The notes below the pieces were generated by a model, which was given only the letters and a program-made list of their open reading frames with translations, was not told where the DNA came from and did no database searches. The translations under genes and the position numbers were made by a program. Positions 47,931-62,059 of a stretch of DNA of 64,000 bases are shown here, piece after piece. Position 1 is the first letter of the stretch, and each line of letters begins with the position of its first letter. The stretch spans positions 84,818,001-84,882,000 of the forward strand of contig NC_086097.1 of assembly GCF_963921235.1 (NCBI RefSeq). Reading direction: 5' to 3'. Source of the DNA: Mobula hypostoma (Eukaryota).

Positions 47931-49757
47931 ATTAATCTAAAGCCCACTTTCAGCCACAATGATATGATGGGCCGAAGATTCCTTTTAGACTCGTGGAATC
48001 ATAGACTAATGCAGCAGAGAAACAGGCCCTTCGGCCCAGCTCATCTGTGCAGACCAAGATGTCTATCTAACCCAGTCGCACTTGCCCCTGTTTGACCAGT
48101 ATCCCTCTACAGTGATCCCACTTCCAATGTCTGTTAGAAATTGCATCTAAATTGGTAAGGGCAGTAATAATAACAGCAGGGAACTCAAAATTGTCCTTTA
48201 CTGCCCGTGGTTTAACTTGCAGTGTCCACCCCTGTTTATGTCATAATCACCATTGACCAGTGCAACAGGCAAAGCACTTGAGGAACTCAGCTGGTCAGAT
48301 GGACTTCATTTCCCTCCAATGATAGTGCCTGACCTGCTGAGTTCCTCCAGGGCCTTGTGTATCGCCCCGTATTCCAGCATCTGCGCTCTCCCGCGTCTCC
48401 ATTTGGTTGGTGTCACCGCTGTGATGTAACCCTTGCAGAACTGCTTCTGATGTGTGGCACGCAGGTGCTGAAGGTTGAGAGCCTCCTGTTTTTAAGACAA
48501 GCTTTGCTTCCGTCTCATCACTCTTCAGGCACAAGATTAGCCTGGAACATCTTGTGTTTTAAGACGGGACGGAGATGTACAAGTAAAGCTTACCATGTCA
48601 AGATAGCTGACACACGGCTTATACAATACCCAATAACCACTTGCCCGACCCTTTACGATAATTATTGGCACCAGAAGTGATGGAGGGCACATCTCATTAT
48701 GGAACTAAGATGCAGACTCTTTCCATTTTACAACAGTGGCACTTTGCTTCAGATCGAAGTCACATTTACACTGAACTTCACCTTGACTCTTACCTCATTG
48801 TATATGTATGGGTTCAAGAGTACTGTACAAACATTTTTTTTCCATGCATGTAATTCTGCCTGGGGAGGCTGGGGTCAATGTCATTATACAAATGAGGCCA
48901 GGATTATACTCTGTTGCAAATTATGGAGGTTCCTGGATGACAGGGGTCAGAGAATGCAAACTTAGCAATTCAGATGTCAATCTTTATGCCCGTGGTAAGG
49001 GAGGGAGAGAAATCTGTATCGAAAACAGGCCAGGTGCTTTGATTTAAAAATCAGTCAGAATACTTTTCCCAGAACTAAGCTGATTATGTCTCATCAAAGT
49101 ATTAATTGGGCAAGCAAGGCATGGATGGGATTTGAACTGTCATTCACTGGAAGGTCCCCTAGCTGAAGATGCTTCACTGCTGCTTTGAAGCCGCTTTATT
49201 GACAGCTTTGCGCTCAGAGCCCAGGGCAGGCGTTGAGAAATAGAAAACTCTTCTGAGTCGATCTGAAATCTATAATGGTGCAGGCTAGGCAGTGGCTGAC
49301 AAAACAATGGTGCTTGTCTTTGTCAGACAAGATCAAGCAGTGCCTGATGAAAGAGCATCCTGTTTTCAGATGCGGTGGCTCAACGAGCTTCTCAGTGTCT
49401 GTGATCCCAGTGGATGTGATGTCATCAGGCTGGCAGAACAGCCAATCACGTTAGAGGAGTTCTCACTGACGTGATAGCAAAATGATTTTTGAATTAACAC
49501 TTTAAATATCATATGTACCGAGGGCTAAGTAAAATGTGAGAAATGTATGCATTACTAAAGTTGATGAAATATACTGAGCTATTTATGAATTACAGTGTTA
49601 TGCTTTAGCCATAGGATCTACCAGCAGCAAGGCTGTTACAGGGATTTGCCAGAGTGGTTTGTAGAACAGCCTCTGCTCAGCTCATCAATGGCCATGGGAC
49701 ACTGATTCTGCACTTCTGCGGAATCTAATTTGACTTTCCACTGATTTCCCAGCACCT

Positions 49758-49995
49758 CAGAATCAGAATCAGGTTTAATATCACTGGCATATGTCATGAA
49801 ATTTGCTAACTTAGTGGCAGTGCAATACATGATAATATAGAGAAAATAAATCACTGTAAGTATATATATGTATATCAAACAGTTAAATTTAAAATACAGT
49901 GCAAAAGCAGAAATAATTAAGTAAAGAAGTGAGGTAGTGTTCATGGGTTCAATGTCCATTTAGGAATTGGGTGGCAGAGGGGAAGAAGCTGTTTG
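49758..49995 (-). mobile_element. Rex1-type LINE 3' tail
   Basis: CAGAATCAGAATCAGGTTTAATATCACTGGCATATG is near-identical to the tail at 23190. Confidence 0.8.
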
Positions 49996-50794
49996 ATTGG
50001 GAGATCCACCCACTGAGCCTGGCCTGGAAAACCTGGCCCCCTCCCACTTTATTTCTGACCCACTGAAGTGAACGGGTGAAGCTAACTGCTGCCACAAAGA
50101 TTTCATTTAATTAAGTTAATTTAATTAGACAGGCGTGTGTCCTTCAACTTCAATAAATCTAAAATGTTTTTTCAACAGGTCTGGGATTTTGAAGAAGTGG
50201 GAATGTCAAAGATGTTCATAAATGATCAATTTACAGTTGGTGAGCCTGGCAACTTTACATATCATCCGAAAGAACCAAATGTAACAGTGCTGGAACAGCT
50301 TGGCCAGAGGCACACTGTGCAAATTTATATATTTTTTTGCAGCAGTACAGTGCAGTACATAAAATCATTACAGTACTGTGCAGAGGTCTCAGGCACCCTA
50401 GCTGGGCATACTTTTACACAGTACTCCAGTTCTGGAGCTGGGATCTTCTGTACTACAGTGGGATGTCGTCTGCTCTTGTAGCCTTTGCTGTATCCAGTGC
50501 TGTCCTGGAATTCCCCTGAGTGAGCTGAGTGAACTGGACGCTGGTTTCTGTGACGCTGGGGATCTCAGGAGGGAGTGGAAAATGGATCATGCACTCTGCA
50601 CTTTTGGCCCGGCTTGGTTACAAATCCTTCAGCCTTGTGTTTAGCACTTACTGCCGGGCCCAGCCATTACTGAGGGTGGGAATATTCTTTGTTAGCTGCT
50701 AAATAATACATCAATATTTATGACAAAATGCGGTAGAAATACAGAGCTTTGATCTAATCTGATGGTCCTGAGATTTCACTGTCTGTTGCATACT

Positions 50795-51070
50795 GAATCA
50801 GAATCAGGTTTGTTATCACTGACACACCTGAATGTCGTGAAACGTGTTTTGCGCCAGCAGTACAGTGCGCGACATAAATAATTATTATAAGTCACAATAA
50901 CAAATATATCAATTAGTAGTGCAAAAAGTGAGGAAGTGTTCATGGTCTATTCAGAAAAACGATGGCAGAGAGGAAGAAGCTGTTCCTAAATCATTGAGTG
51001 TGTGCCTTCAGGCTCCTGTACCTCTTCCCTAATGGAGCAATGTCCTAGATGGTAAGGGTCCATAATGATG
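50795..51070 (-). mobile_element. Rex1-type LINE 3' tail
   Basis: GAATCAGAATCAGGTTT...GGCTCCTGTACCTC as at 23190-23460. Confidence 0.75.
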
Positions 51071-51459
51071 GATGGATGTTCTTACTGTTGACCAGATGCA
51101 GGTTCTGTAGAGCAGCTTCACCTCATCATTTTTAAATGTGCCTGTTGCACTTCCGAGCAAACCCTTCTCCATTGATCGATGACGCTGCACCGACCCCCAT
51201 GATAGTGACGGTACAGTGCGGAATACTCTTGAGCTGGGAGATTACAGACTGTAGTAATGTATGTCTTTTGATTTTGCTGCTGGTCCGCAGTCCCTCGTGG
51301 ACGGCCATTTCTGAGGTGCCAGACTTGTCCCATCATGCCACACAACATGATGGAAAATATAATCGGGTAATGGGATATTCTCCTCTTTGAAACTTTAGCT
51401 TAAGTTCTATGCCATTAATTACAATATTAATATAAACAAATATGCTTGACTGAAAAAAG

Positions 51460-51680
51460 CAACAAACAATCTGCTGGAAGAACTCCACAGGTTGATCAGC
51501 ATATGTGGGAGAAGGGAATTGTTGACATTTCAGGTTGAAGCCTTGCATCAAGTCATCGGATCTTGACCTAAAGTGCCAACAGTTCCTTTCCTCCAATAGA
51601 TGCTGTTCGGTCTGCTGAGGTTTTTTTTCCCCAGAAGATTGTTTGTTGCTCCACATTCTAGCATCTGCATTTTCTTGTGT
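51460..51680. mobile_element. Palindromic Penelope-terminus pair (old)
   Basis: GCAACAAACAATCTGCTGG at the left is inverted against CCAGAAGATTGTTTGTTGC at the right. Confidence 0.65.
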
Positions 51681-53324
51681 CTTCAGGTTTGAAAAAAAAA
51701 GCCTGATTCTGTGGGCCTTCATGGAATGCAGGCTAAACCATGAAGCTTTCTCACCATTATAGGAATCTAGCCATTCTCAGTGAGATTCTTGTTGACAAAT
51801 ACTCAAACTTCTTAGGAATTTAGGAATGAAGAGATAGCATTCTCCTGAAATGTTGCACTTTAATCTTAACCCAGATGTTTTGACTCTTTTGTAATGTATC
51901 ACCTTAATGGATTTGACCCAATTCCAATGTGCAAGTTTAAGCAAGCTTTCTGTAACATCCCTCTTAATAAACAGCTTTTAATTTGAGTTTTGCTTCTAGT
52001 TTATGAACCAAGTCTTAATTCTCTGCAAGTTGTCATATCAGTCTTCAGTGGTTCCATTTTACTTAAAGCAGAAAGTTTAGTTTATTAGAATAATTGAATA
52101 ATCTTGTTTGGGTTCCTCGATTAGATAAAATAGTTGAAGGTTGCTTCTCTAAGAACAAAAACCTAAAGAAAGGTTCCTTCATATCATGCATAGATCACAC
52201 ATTAAAAGCAGGTAGTGCACATTTTGGAGTGTTTCTGTTCACTTCTGCTGCAAGTCTCATCCGTCAGGAAACTGGGGCAGGCACTTCCTGTCATTTTTCA
52301 TCCTGGCACCAGTGTCATGTCCCATCTGTACTTCATGATGTCATTAATACCCACTGCACATTTCTGACCTGCCGAAAGAAACTGGTCCTACAAGGTTGCA
52401 ACCTTTGACCTTAAAAGTAAAACACACGATTTCATTGGGCCTGACTGGGAGATTGATTTTAGCGTCAACGAGTTCCTCATATTGTATGGGTGCTGCCCTT
52501 TTGTACAGAGGCAGGGCTAATAAAGGCCACAATGTGTGTCCCCCTTAGGACACACTGCTGCAATCGGTGTGGCAGCACCCAATCCTGGCAATAGTTCTGA
52601 GTTTGCCAATCCATGGCTTTGGAAGGGGGTGGTCATCACAGGCCTCTCCAACATTGCAATGCAACAAATCTGCTCCAACACTAGACTCTAGCTGTCTGTA
52701 CTCCTCTCTTTTAATGAGACAGCCACTGCATCAAACTATGGACAGACATTAATGGTTATTGATACATTGGGTGAAGGGCATGTTTTATTTACTGCAACTG
52801 CTTACAATTTTGATGATATTTCCAATAAGCGCTGATTCAGTCTTCAATCTTTGCTAAAGCCTCAGATTTTTGTTTTTTTCTGTACATGCTTTACTGACAG
52901 AATCGATAGGCTGAAAATAATTTGAGTGAATACAATCATATTGATATCAACAGTGATATCTGACCCCTGCAAAAGATTCCAGCAGGAGAGTAAAACTGGT
53001 GGTTTAATGTAAGTGTGGCACTGATGTTCATGAGCAAATCAGAGCCATTATTTAAAACGATCAATTGTCATTCAAGAGCCTTGCAGTGATTTAAAGTATT
53101 TGGCGCAGGGTGATATTCCAGTTACGGTAATTGACTGGAATCTCATTGTTGACTTATTTAGTCAGGCAGCATGCGAGGCTCAGATGGTGGCACTCTCACT
53201 TATGAGTCAGAAGATTACGATTTCCAATCCCTCTTCAAATACTTACACAAAGATCTACTCTGATGGTCCAAGTCCTGTACTGCAGGCATACTGTCCTATT
53301 CAAGGTGTCATCTTTTGTTTGAGA

Positions 53325-53755
53325 TATAAGACCATAAAATATAGGAGCAGAATTAGACCATTTGGCCCATCAAGTCTGCTCTGACATTTCATCATGGTTG
53401 ATCCATTTCCCTCTCAGGCACATTCTCCTGCCTTCTCCTGTATCCCTTCTTGCCCTGACTAATCAAGAATCTGTCAACCTCTGCCTTAAGTATATCCAAT
53501 GACTTGGCCTCCAAATCCACCTATGGCAATGAAGTCCACAGATTGACCACTCTCTGGCTGAAGAAATTCCTCCTCATCTCTTTTCTAAAGGGACACCCCT
53601 CTGTTTTGAGGCTTTGCCCTCTGGTCTTAGACGCTCCCACTGGAGGAAACATCTTCTCCACATCCACTCTATTGAAGCCTTTCATCATTTGATAGGTTTC
53701 ACTGAGGTCATCCCTTATTCTTCTGAATTCCAGTGTATACACGTCCAGAGCCATC
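53325..53755 (-). mobile_element. CR1 LINE 3' fragment
   Basis: ORF 53521-53757 reads YTLEFRRIRDDLSETY...EMRRNFFSQRVVNLWTSLP; tail ATAAGACCATAA. Confidence 0.9.
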
Positions 53756-55499
53756 AACGCTCTTTATTGAAAAGCCTTTCAATCCTGGAAACATATATAA
53801 CAACACTCATCTTCTCAGTCAGGTAACGTAAGTGATGCCTTGACCATCTCAGGGCCAACTGAGTTCTCCCTAGTCTCCCTAGCTAAAATATCCTTTGGTT
53901 CATACGGTTGAAATAAATGATCCGCTCCTCTTTATATTCACTCTTTTGGTCTACAAATCCTGGAATCTGTTCCTCTTCATATTTACCCTTTTGGTCGACA
54001 AATTGGTTGCTGTGTTTCCTATGTTATAACAGTGACTATGGTGATTAGTTCAAAGTATTCAATTTATTTTTGAATATTCATAAATATAAATAAAATTTGG
54101 CTTTTAAGTAGCTTGTGACATCTTGAACGTGTGGCATGCTTCATAATTACATCTTCTTTCCTTCTTGTATCGTTTCTCTACCTGTAATGTCTTGTGTCTT
54201 TTTATTAACATTCTTCAAAACTTGGTCTCTGGCAGCAAGGATTTGCTCACTTGCCTTTCTATGAATTGCCTCCAGGGTTTGGCAGTTTCCCATATCTTGG
54301 CAGCTCTGAATCCACAATGGCACACCACTGTGCCCAGACAAAACCAAAATGAGTTCTATTGTATGCTGCACAGTCCGATAACTGTTTTTGTTCAACAGCA
54401 GCTGACTTCAGTCTCTGAGATGCATCTAGGGGCTTTGGGTTTTAACATTAGAAAATCAGCTCTCCTGTGAACTTCAAGGCAGTCCCAAGTTGTGTATTCT
54501 CAACATCTTTCTGAAGCTTCTGCATTGCAGAGGAATAGCTGCATTACAAAAAGCCTGTCTCTGCATCATAAACACCCTCATTGCAGTCTCTCTAGTTTAG
54601 AATGTAGCCTGGCTGACACACTCTGTAAGGTTTTCAGTCTTGAAATTCACTCCTGGACAGTGTTGTGAAAGGCACCATATTACAGCACATGCATGAGAGC
54701 AAAGCATTCTACCTTCGAAATTCATTCCACTGACTTCAGTGTTCATGAATATATTTTCAAGTTCCTGTGTGATTGGGTCTTGATCTACATGGTGCGTTAG
54801 GAAGTGTTTCTTCTGAATTTTTGTTCGAAAGGCATTGGTCTGAATTGTACTTCCACTGGGTTGCTCCCGACACACCGCTGGCCTCACCGGTGTGCTCATC
54901 CCCTGAAGTGGAGGAGTCTGCAGTGGACAGTTGGCCCCCAGATGGTGAAACTAAAGTCACGCCAGCAGGCTGGTTTAGTGGCCTTTTGACAGAAGGCTGG
55001 CACTGCTTTCCAGATCTTTCCAGTGCTCACACGCTCAGAAACAGGCGAAAATCATTTGAATAATTAACAATTAGAGAACTGACAAACATTATAAAAATAT
55101 TTAAAGTACATTTAGCTGATGTAAGATAATAACACACAGATGGGGCACTGCAACTAGGAAGCAATTCTCAGTGGGTTCCAATGTAACCCAAACCCACTGG
55201 ATCCTGAATTTTCCTGAAGGAATGTTGCATTTATATTAGTTTCAGGTTCATGGAATTGGATTGGATACCAGCTCTATTTAGCAGTACCATCAGGTCCATT
55301 TTGATCTGACAATTCTTTCACCACTTTGGCTCAGCGGTATCACGGTTGCTAAACCCAACAGCATATATTGTCAGGAGAGCAGTTACAGCAACAGCCTGTG
55401 AGAAACTTCAAAAGGCCTATGGCTGGATTGACTGATGTGACTGACAATACTTCTCTGAAAAGACCCCTGTCATCTGCACTCAATTCCCCACAAGATATT

Positions 55500-56750
55500 T
55501 TGGAATTGGTATTGGTCTATCATTGTCAGATGTACTGAGGTACAGTGAAAAGCTTGCCATGCATACTTCTCAAGTCATTACACGGGGCTTTGAGGTAGAT
55601 GAAGGTAAAGCAATAAAAATGCAGGACGAAGTGTAAGAGTTACCCAGAAAGTGCAGTGCAGGTAAACAGTAAGGCACAAGGTCATAACGAGGTAAATTGT
55701 GAGCTCAAGTGTCCATTTGTCTAACTAGGGAACCATTCAGTAGTGTTATTAGGGTGGGGTAGAAGCTGCCTTAAGCCTGGTGTTACGTGTTTTGAGGCTT
55801 TTGTATCTACTGCCTGATGGAAGAGAGGACGTCCAGTGTGGGTGAGGTCTTTGACTTACTGCTTTACTGAGGCAGCAAGAAGTATAGACAGTCCATGCAG
55901 GGGAGCCTGATTTTAGAATTAGAATTGGAATTTATTTTATTTCTTACATCCATCTCACAACACGAGGGAGCAAAAAACTTTATGTTGCATCTCTGTTGCT
56001 ATGTACAAGCAATGGAAAGGAAAGATACATCGCATCCGGAGTTTCTCCGCTTAGCGGATAATTTCCCTCCACGTCTCTCTGACGTAGTGGGGAACCGCGT
56101 ATAAGGCAAGTTACAGCAGTGGTTTGCCATTGCCTTCTGCCGGGTGAGTTTCCAAAGAGATCACCAGCTCGTAACCCAGCATGGATAGAAAACGAGCAGG
56201 GGAGCCGGCTGGATTCGATCTCAGGACCTTTCGTCCTGAAGTCCGACGCTGATGCCACTATGCCACCAGCCGAGTTGTACAAGCAGTAAGGAAGGGAACT
56301 GTGGGAGGATATTGCCCAAACACTAAGATTGTATATATAATTGTTTTGTATACATGTGTACAGTCAGATATGCAATCAGATCAATGTGCATTGATAAAGC
56401 TGTCCAGGAGCCTGTTGGTCCTCGCCTTAATGCTGCAGTACCATTTATCAGATAGGAGCGGCTGAAACAGTTTGAGGTTGGGGTGTCTAGAGTCTGTGAT
56501 GATCCTTCTTATGCACCAGCTGCTGTAAATGTCCTGAATAGAGGCAAGTTCACATCCAGAGGTTCGCTGGGTTGTCCGCACCGCTCTCTGCAGTGTAGTA
56601 CAGTTCCCATACCAGGTGGTGACACAACCCGACAGGATGCTCAGGATTTCTGTGAAATGCTGAGCTGTGTCGGTGACTCTGCAGTTTCCTGCTGTCATGT
56701 GTAGAGCAGTTGTCATACCAAGCCATTATGCATTGAGATAGGACCCTATG
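55500..56750 (-). mobile_element. Nested Rex1-type tails/fragments and a tRNA-derived SINE (~56010-56272)
   Basis: ILSGCVTTWYGNCT..LQR.VR and YCSIKARTNRLLDSF (Rex1 C-terminus). The SINE head on the minus strand is TGGCATAGTGG...GAGATCGAATCC. Confidence 0.75.
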
Positions 56751-58749
56751 GTACAGTATATATAAATTACAACACTGAAACAGTCCATTCTGCACAGTTG
56801 CTGCCGAGTTGTGTTGGTGCTCTGGGTAGACATTCTTCAACCCTAGAACATCTAACCTTCATCCTAATGTAGCAAAAATATAGATGCTGGCAATCGGAAA
56901 TAAAAACACAAGATGCTGAAAGCACGCAGCGGCAGCTGTGGGAAGGGAAATTGTCATCAACCTAAGACTTCACTCTTTTTCCCTCTGCAAAGATGCTGCC
57001 TGACTTACTGAATATTTCCCACATCTTTTGCTTTGAACCTTACTGGTATTTCCTGTGGATCCTCATGCACCAATCTAAATGCTCCTTAGATCTATCAGCA
57101 CTGATTGCTTCAATGGATGCGAGCAGGCTCCATGTTCAGAGGTCTCTCCAGAATCTGTTGTTGCATTTATATAAAAGGGCTGCAGCTCAGGAACAGACCC
57201 CTTGGCCACTTTGTAATGCATCAAGCACCCTACTATTTGGATCCCATTTACAAGTTCTTGGACCATAGCCATCAAGACAATTTAAGAGCTCAAGTGATTA
57301 ATCTTCATGTTACATTTGAAGGGGCAATCAAACTACTGAGGGTGCTGGGAATGTAATTTAAAACCAGCAAATGCAGCAACAAAAACAGAGAGAGGAAGTG
57401 AATTAGCGCTTTGGGTTCCGTGACACTTCGTCAGAACTGGACGATGTTACCATGAAAGTGCAGCAGCGGAGAATAAGAAATGGGGCAGCATTTGATGAGG
57501 GGAATTCAGAAAGGTAGCACATGGAGTGGCTAATTGACCAAAGGGCTGGTGGTGGATGAAGAGAGTATTGCCAAAGGCACAGAAAATGAGGTGGAATACG
57601 TTACAGCAGCAGGTGCACTATTTGTGTCGTCTGTTGGACAATTGATGTTTACAATCTGAAGATTCTGAACTCTGTTGGGTCTGAAAAACTGTATGATGTC
57701 TAGTAGACAGGTGATGTGCTCTTCCTTAGAACTGGGCCACTTTGGAATTCCTCACCATAGCAATATCTTCTCTATGTCTATTTTACTGAATCTCACTATC
57801 TTTCAGCTTACATTTCAGTCCTTGCACCTGTTTGGTTTGGAATAAAGAGTGGTACAGGCAATGATAACCATAACATATCTGGAGTGTTGTTTAAGCATGG
57901 ATTGTTAATTGTTATCACCCCATTAGTCACTGCCTGTTGGCCTAAGAGAGACTTTTTATTGAGGCTGAAAGTTAATTAAATCATGCATGGAATTCCAGGA
58001 TAAATTGGTCAGACAGCACGGTCCAAGACAGTGGATAGGAAAGTGTGTTTGACAATAGGCTGCCATCTTGGAAAGTCAGAGAGCAGATGGAAGATTTGAA
58101 GATGTTTGGCTGTGGGCTTGCAGTGCTCAAGGAGAAAGGAAGATTACTAAGGTTAGCTAACATGGGAGCTAGGAAGGGAGATTGAGTAGGCAGCAGTTTT
58201 GTGGGAATATTGAACATTGGCATATGTACAAAGATATAGTCAAAAGCTTTTCTTGCCTACTGTTTATACAGGTCAAATCATTACATAGTGCATTGAGCTA
58301 AAATAAAGTAAAGCAATAACAATACAGTATAAAGTGTAAAAGCTACCAAACAAAGTGTAGTGCAGGTAAGCAATAAATTGCAAGATCATAATGAGGCCAA
58401 GAGTCTCATCTTATCGTACAAGAAAATGATACATGAAGTCAATAGGTGGCCCCTGGAAAACAAGATGAACGTGAAAAGGACATGATGGGAAATCAGAGTG
58501 GAAGACCAGTTCGTGGCTGAGGCAGAAGGAAGTTTTACCCGATGGATTCCAGGTAGGGAGGGAAGAGGCACGCATAGGTGTCCCCATGTTTTCATCCTGT
58601 CTGAAGTGCAGAAACTCCCTGCCTCTGTCATTGGTAGCAAGGGCGATGGGAACAGCAGAGATGGGTTTCAAAGTCTAAATTACAGTAGTGGAAAGAAAGC
58701 AAAGTTATTTTTACATTCTGGAGTTATTCTGGAAAAGTTTTAGATCATG

Positions 58750-59095
58750 TACCACAAGGTATGGCAGCAGAATTAGACCATTAAGCCCATTGAGTCTGAT
58801 CCACAATTCCATTATAGCTGATGTTTTTTCAACCACATTCACTTGCCTTCTCCCTATATTCCATACCCCTTTACCAATCAAAAATCCATCAATCTCTGCT
58901 TTAAAAAAACTCAATGACTGGGCCTCTACCCATTGTGCCAATGAATTCCACAGATTCACCACTATCTGGTGGAAGAAATTCATCCTCATCTCAATTCTAA
59001 AGGGGGATCCTTCTATTCTGAGATTATGCCCTTGAATCTTAGACTCTTCTACAAATGGAAGCATCCTCTTCACGTCCACCCTATCCAGGTCTTTC
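58750..59095 (-). mobile_element. CR1 LINE 3' fragment
   Basis: ORF 58711-59079 reads GHNLRIEGSPFRIEMRMNFFHQIVVNLWNSL...FKAEIDGFL. Confidence 0.9.
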
Positions 59096-59984
59096 AGATG
59101 ACTAGGATCCAGTCATGTTTTATTCTGGTTCAGCTAGATCAGTCACTGAATGCTTGCCTGCTTTGGACTTTAATGTGAATAAGGCTTCTCTAGGGAGAAG
59201 TGCTAGGTGGAGAGAAGATGATAGTTTCATTGCGGTTTATCACAGAGGGAGCTAAGAAAGTCGCATTTCATGCCCAGAAACATTGAAAGGGGAAAGCGAA
59301 AAGCCATACAAATAAGTCATCAGAGTGGGTATAACGAAAATATTTTGTACCTATACAGTTGGTGTCTTGTACACTTAGACCTTTACTGTATATTACAAGA
59401 AAGTGCAACCTATGGCTTTTTGGACTCAACACTGAGTTTGCCATCTTAAATCTTTATTAAGTGTCTCTTATTTTTTGATCATCAACACTTATCTATATCA
59501 AGATTCATTTTCTACGTTGAGACTGACTTTACATTTCAGGCCTGCAATGCCATTTTGTTAATGTCTTAATGCATTTGTCACAGTCCACTTGAATATCATC
59601 CAAATTCTCCCATCACCTCTGAATTTTCATAACTTACCTTTGTTTCCTGAATCCAAATCATTTATGTCAGGGAAGGACAGAAACATTGATCTCTTTGAAG
59701 CATATTTCTTTTTTTGATATTGTTTGTTACATTTAAAAATGTCAATTTTTAGGTCACTTTACGTTGACATTAAGACTATGTATGGTTATGACTGTTCAGT
59801 GTTTTGGATATGCAGATGAAGAAGACAGCTGTTCTTTATTGCCAATACAATCTCTAAATTTTCTCAATTAATCACTGATAGAAAAGTTTATGCAATCAGG
59901 ATTCACGCTGACCTGAGTAAGCATTAGTCTCTGTTTTCTCTTTTGTAGCCAATTTGGTATTATTCTACAAGAACAAGACCGCTC

Positions 59985-60215
59985 TCATCTCCTACCAGAT
60001 TCCTTCATCTCCAGCTGTTTTCCTTTCCTATCCACCTGGCTTCACCTATCACCTTCTAGCTATCCTCCTTTCCCTTCCCCCCATCTTCTTGTTATGCCAT
60101 TTTCCCCTTCCTTCCCAGTCCCGAAGAAGGATCTCGGCTCAAAACAGCGACGTTTCATTCATTTCCATTATTGCTGCCTGACTTGCTGAGTTTCTCCAGC
60201 ATTTTGGGTGTGATG
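59985..60215 (+). mobile_element. Penelope pseudo-LTR fragment
   Basis: Pyrimidine-rich 3' region followed by the family terminus, as at 63660-63925. Confidence 0.75.
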
Positions 60216-60229
60216 CTTGTCTTTACTAG

Positions 60230-60820
60230 TTGAGGCGTTGAGTTCAAGAGTCAGGGGGTTTTGTTCTAACTTTATAACATTCTAGTTAGGTTGTATCTGT
60301 AGTATTGCATTCAATTCCAGTCACCTACTTGAGGAAGGATGTGGAGGCTTTGAAGAGGTGTGGAAGAAGTTTCCCAGGATGCTACCAGTATTGGAGGGTG
60401 TGTCCAAGTTGGACAAACTTGGATTGTTTTCTCTGGAGTGATGGAGAGATCCAATAGAAGTTTATAAAATAATGAAAGGCAGAAATAGACAACCGGTATC
60501 TTTATTCCACGGTTGAAGTATCTAATACTAGAGAGCATGCATTTACATTGAAGGGGGTAAATTCAAGGGAGATGTTCAGGGCAAACTTTATACCCAGAGA
60601 GTGGTGGGCTCCTGGTGGGTTCCTCCACTGCCAGGGGCAATGGTGGAGGCAGATATGATAGAGGTGTGTGAGAGGCTCTTAGATAGGCATGCAGATATGG
60701 AGAGAATAGTGTGGGGTGCACAATGTGCAGGGCAGAAGGGATTAATTGGGCATCATTTGCTTAATTAACTTGGTAAAACATCATGGGCTGAAGGGCCTGC
60801 CTTATGCTGTACTGTCCTAT
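60230..60820 (+). mobile_element. CR1 LINE 3' fragment (same subfamily as 15790)
   Basis: VEFKSQGVLF*LYNILVRLYL*YCIQFQSPT..KDVEAL plus a CR1 3' UTR. Confidence 0.85.
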
Positions 60821-62059
60821 GTTAGCACAAGAAATTAAGAGCAGGAGCAGGCCACTGGGCCTGAGGCCTGCCCTGACATTCATTATACTATCTGATGATC
60901 TGTCCAAGGACTCAACTTGTGCTCGTTGCCAAATCTCCGTAACATGCAAACCCCTGACTGCTTGCCGCCACACAGAGTCACAAATCTGCTCTGTTCTTAA
61001 AAAAAACATTTTAAGTGCTGTGTATTTTAAGTGTCGAAGCACATTACAGCCAGTGTATTACCCTGACTTAGTCAGTAGATAATGAATCCAGCAGTTAAGG
61101 AAAGATCAAATCAAAATGAAAGATCTGCAGAAAACGACTTCAAAAAAGTAAAGCAGTAGCTGCAGGGGTTTGTTCTGTAAGCTCCATCCAGCCTCCAAAG
61201 TATTTGCTTCTTAATAATTCTTGTCGTTCATCTTTGGGATTTTCCCAGGATGTTTGAGGGAACACCACAGCACCTGGTTCAGAATGGCACATAGTGATTG
61301 AAAAATTAATTTAACAGTCTGGAGGCTCCACAGAGAATTTATCTGGAAATTACCCATCAGATGGACAAGAGAAGCAGATCTTGATAGTATATCATTTCCT
61401 TTTAAAATAATCTATTCACACCACTTGATGCATGTAAGAATCTTCATTCAGGCCTTGGAATTGCAAGGGAAAGACTCTCTTCACTGAAGGTATTGACTAG
61501 ATTCACTCAAGATTGCATTATGGAGGGGGCAGAGACCAAAGATCTTAAAACCGTGAAAGCTAGAAACCTTCAGAATACTCAAGTGATGATCACTGCACAT
61601 CAGTTAATGAATATTCAAAATAATTTAACAATATGTGGCATTATGACTCAGAATGTCATTATTGTGCCATTAGGATAAATTATTAATGAATCATAATAAT
61701 TGAACTCAGTTTATCTATGCAAATTAGCTTCATTAGAATCCATGCTTTCTGCTTTTATCTTAGAACAACAAGGACTGCTCCCGACTCATTGAATTGATTA
61801 GACAACACCACTTGCAGGGTAATGTCTCAACAAATGTTGCCTTTGCACCTAAGTCACTGATGCATATTAATGCTAAAGATGAAACAAGTGAAGATCCAGA
61901 GGTTAACTCTGCAGAATGTTCATTTGTGTTGTTCACACAATGTGTGCCTCACTGGCTACGGCCTGGCCTGTCTCTTTTTACTCTAGAACTCAATGGCTGA
62001 CCATTTCAAGGGCAATTAAGTGCTGACCACATTAGTCTCCCTAGAGTCATTTTCAGGAT

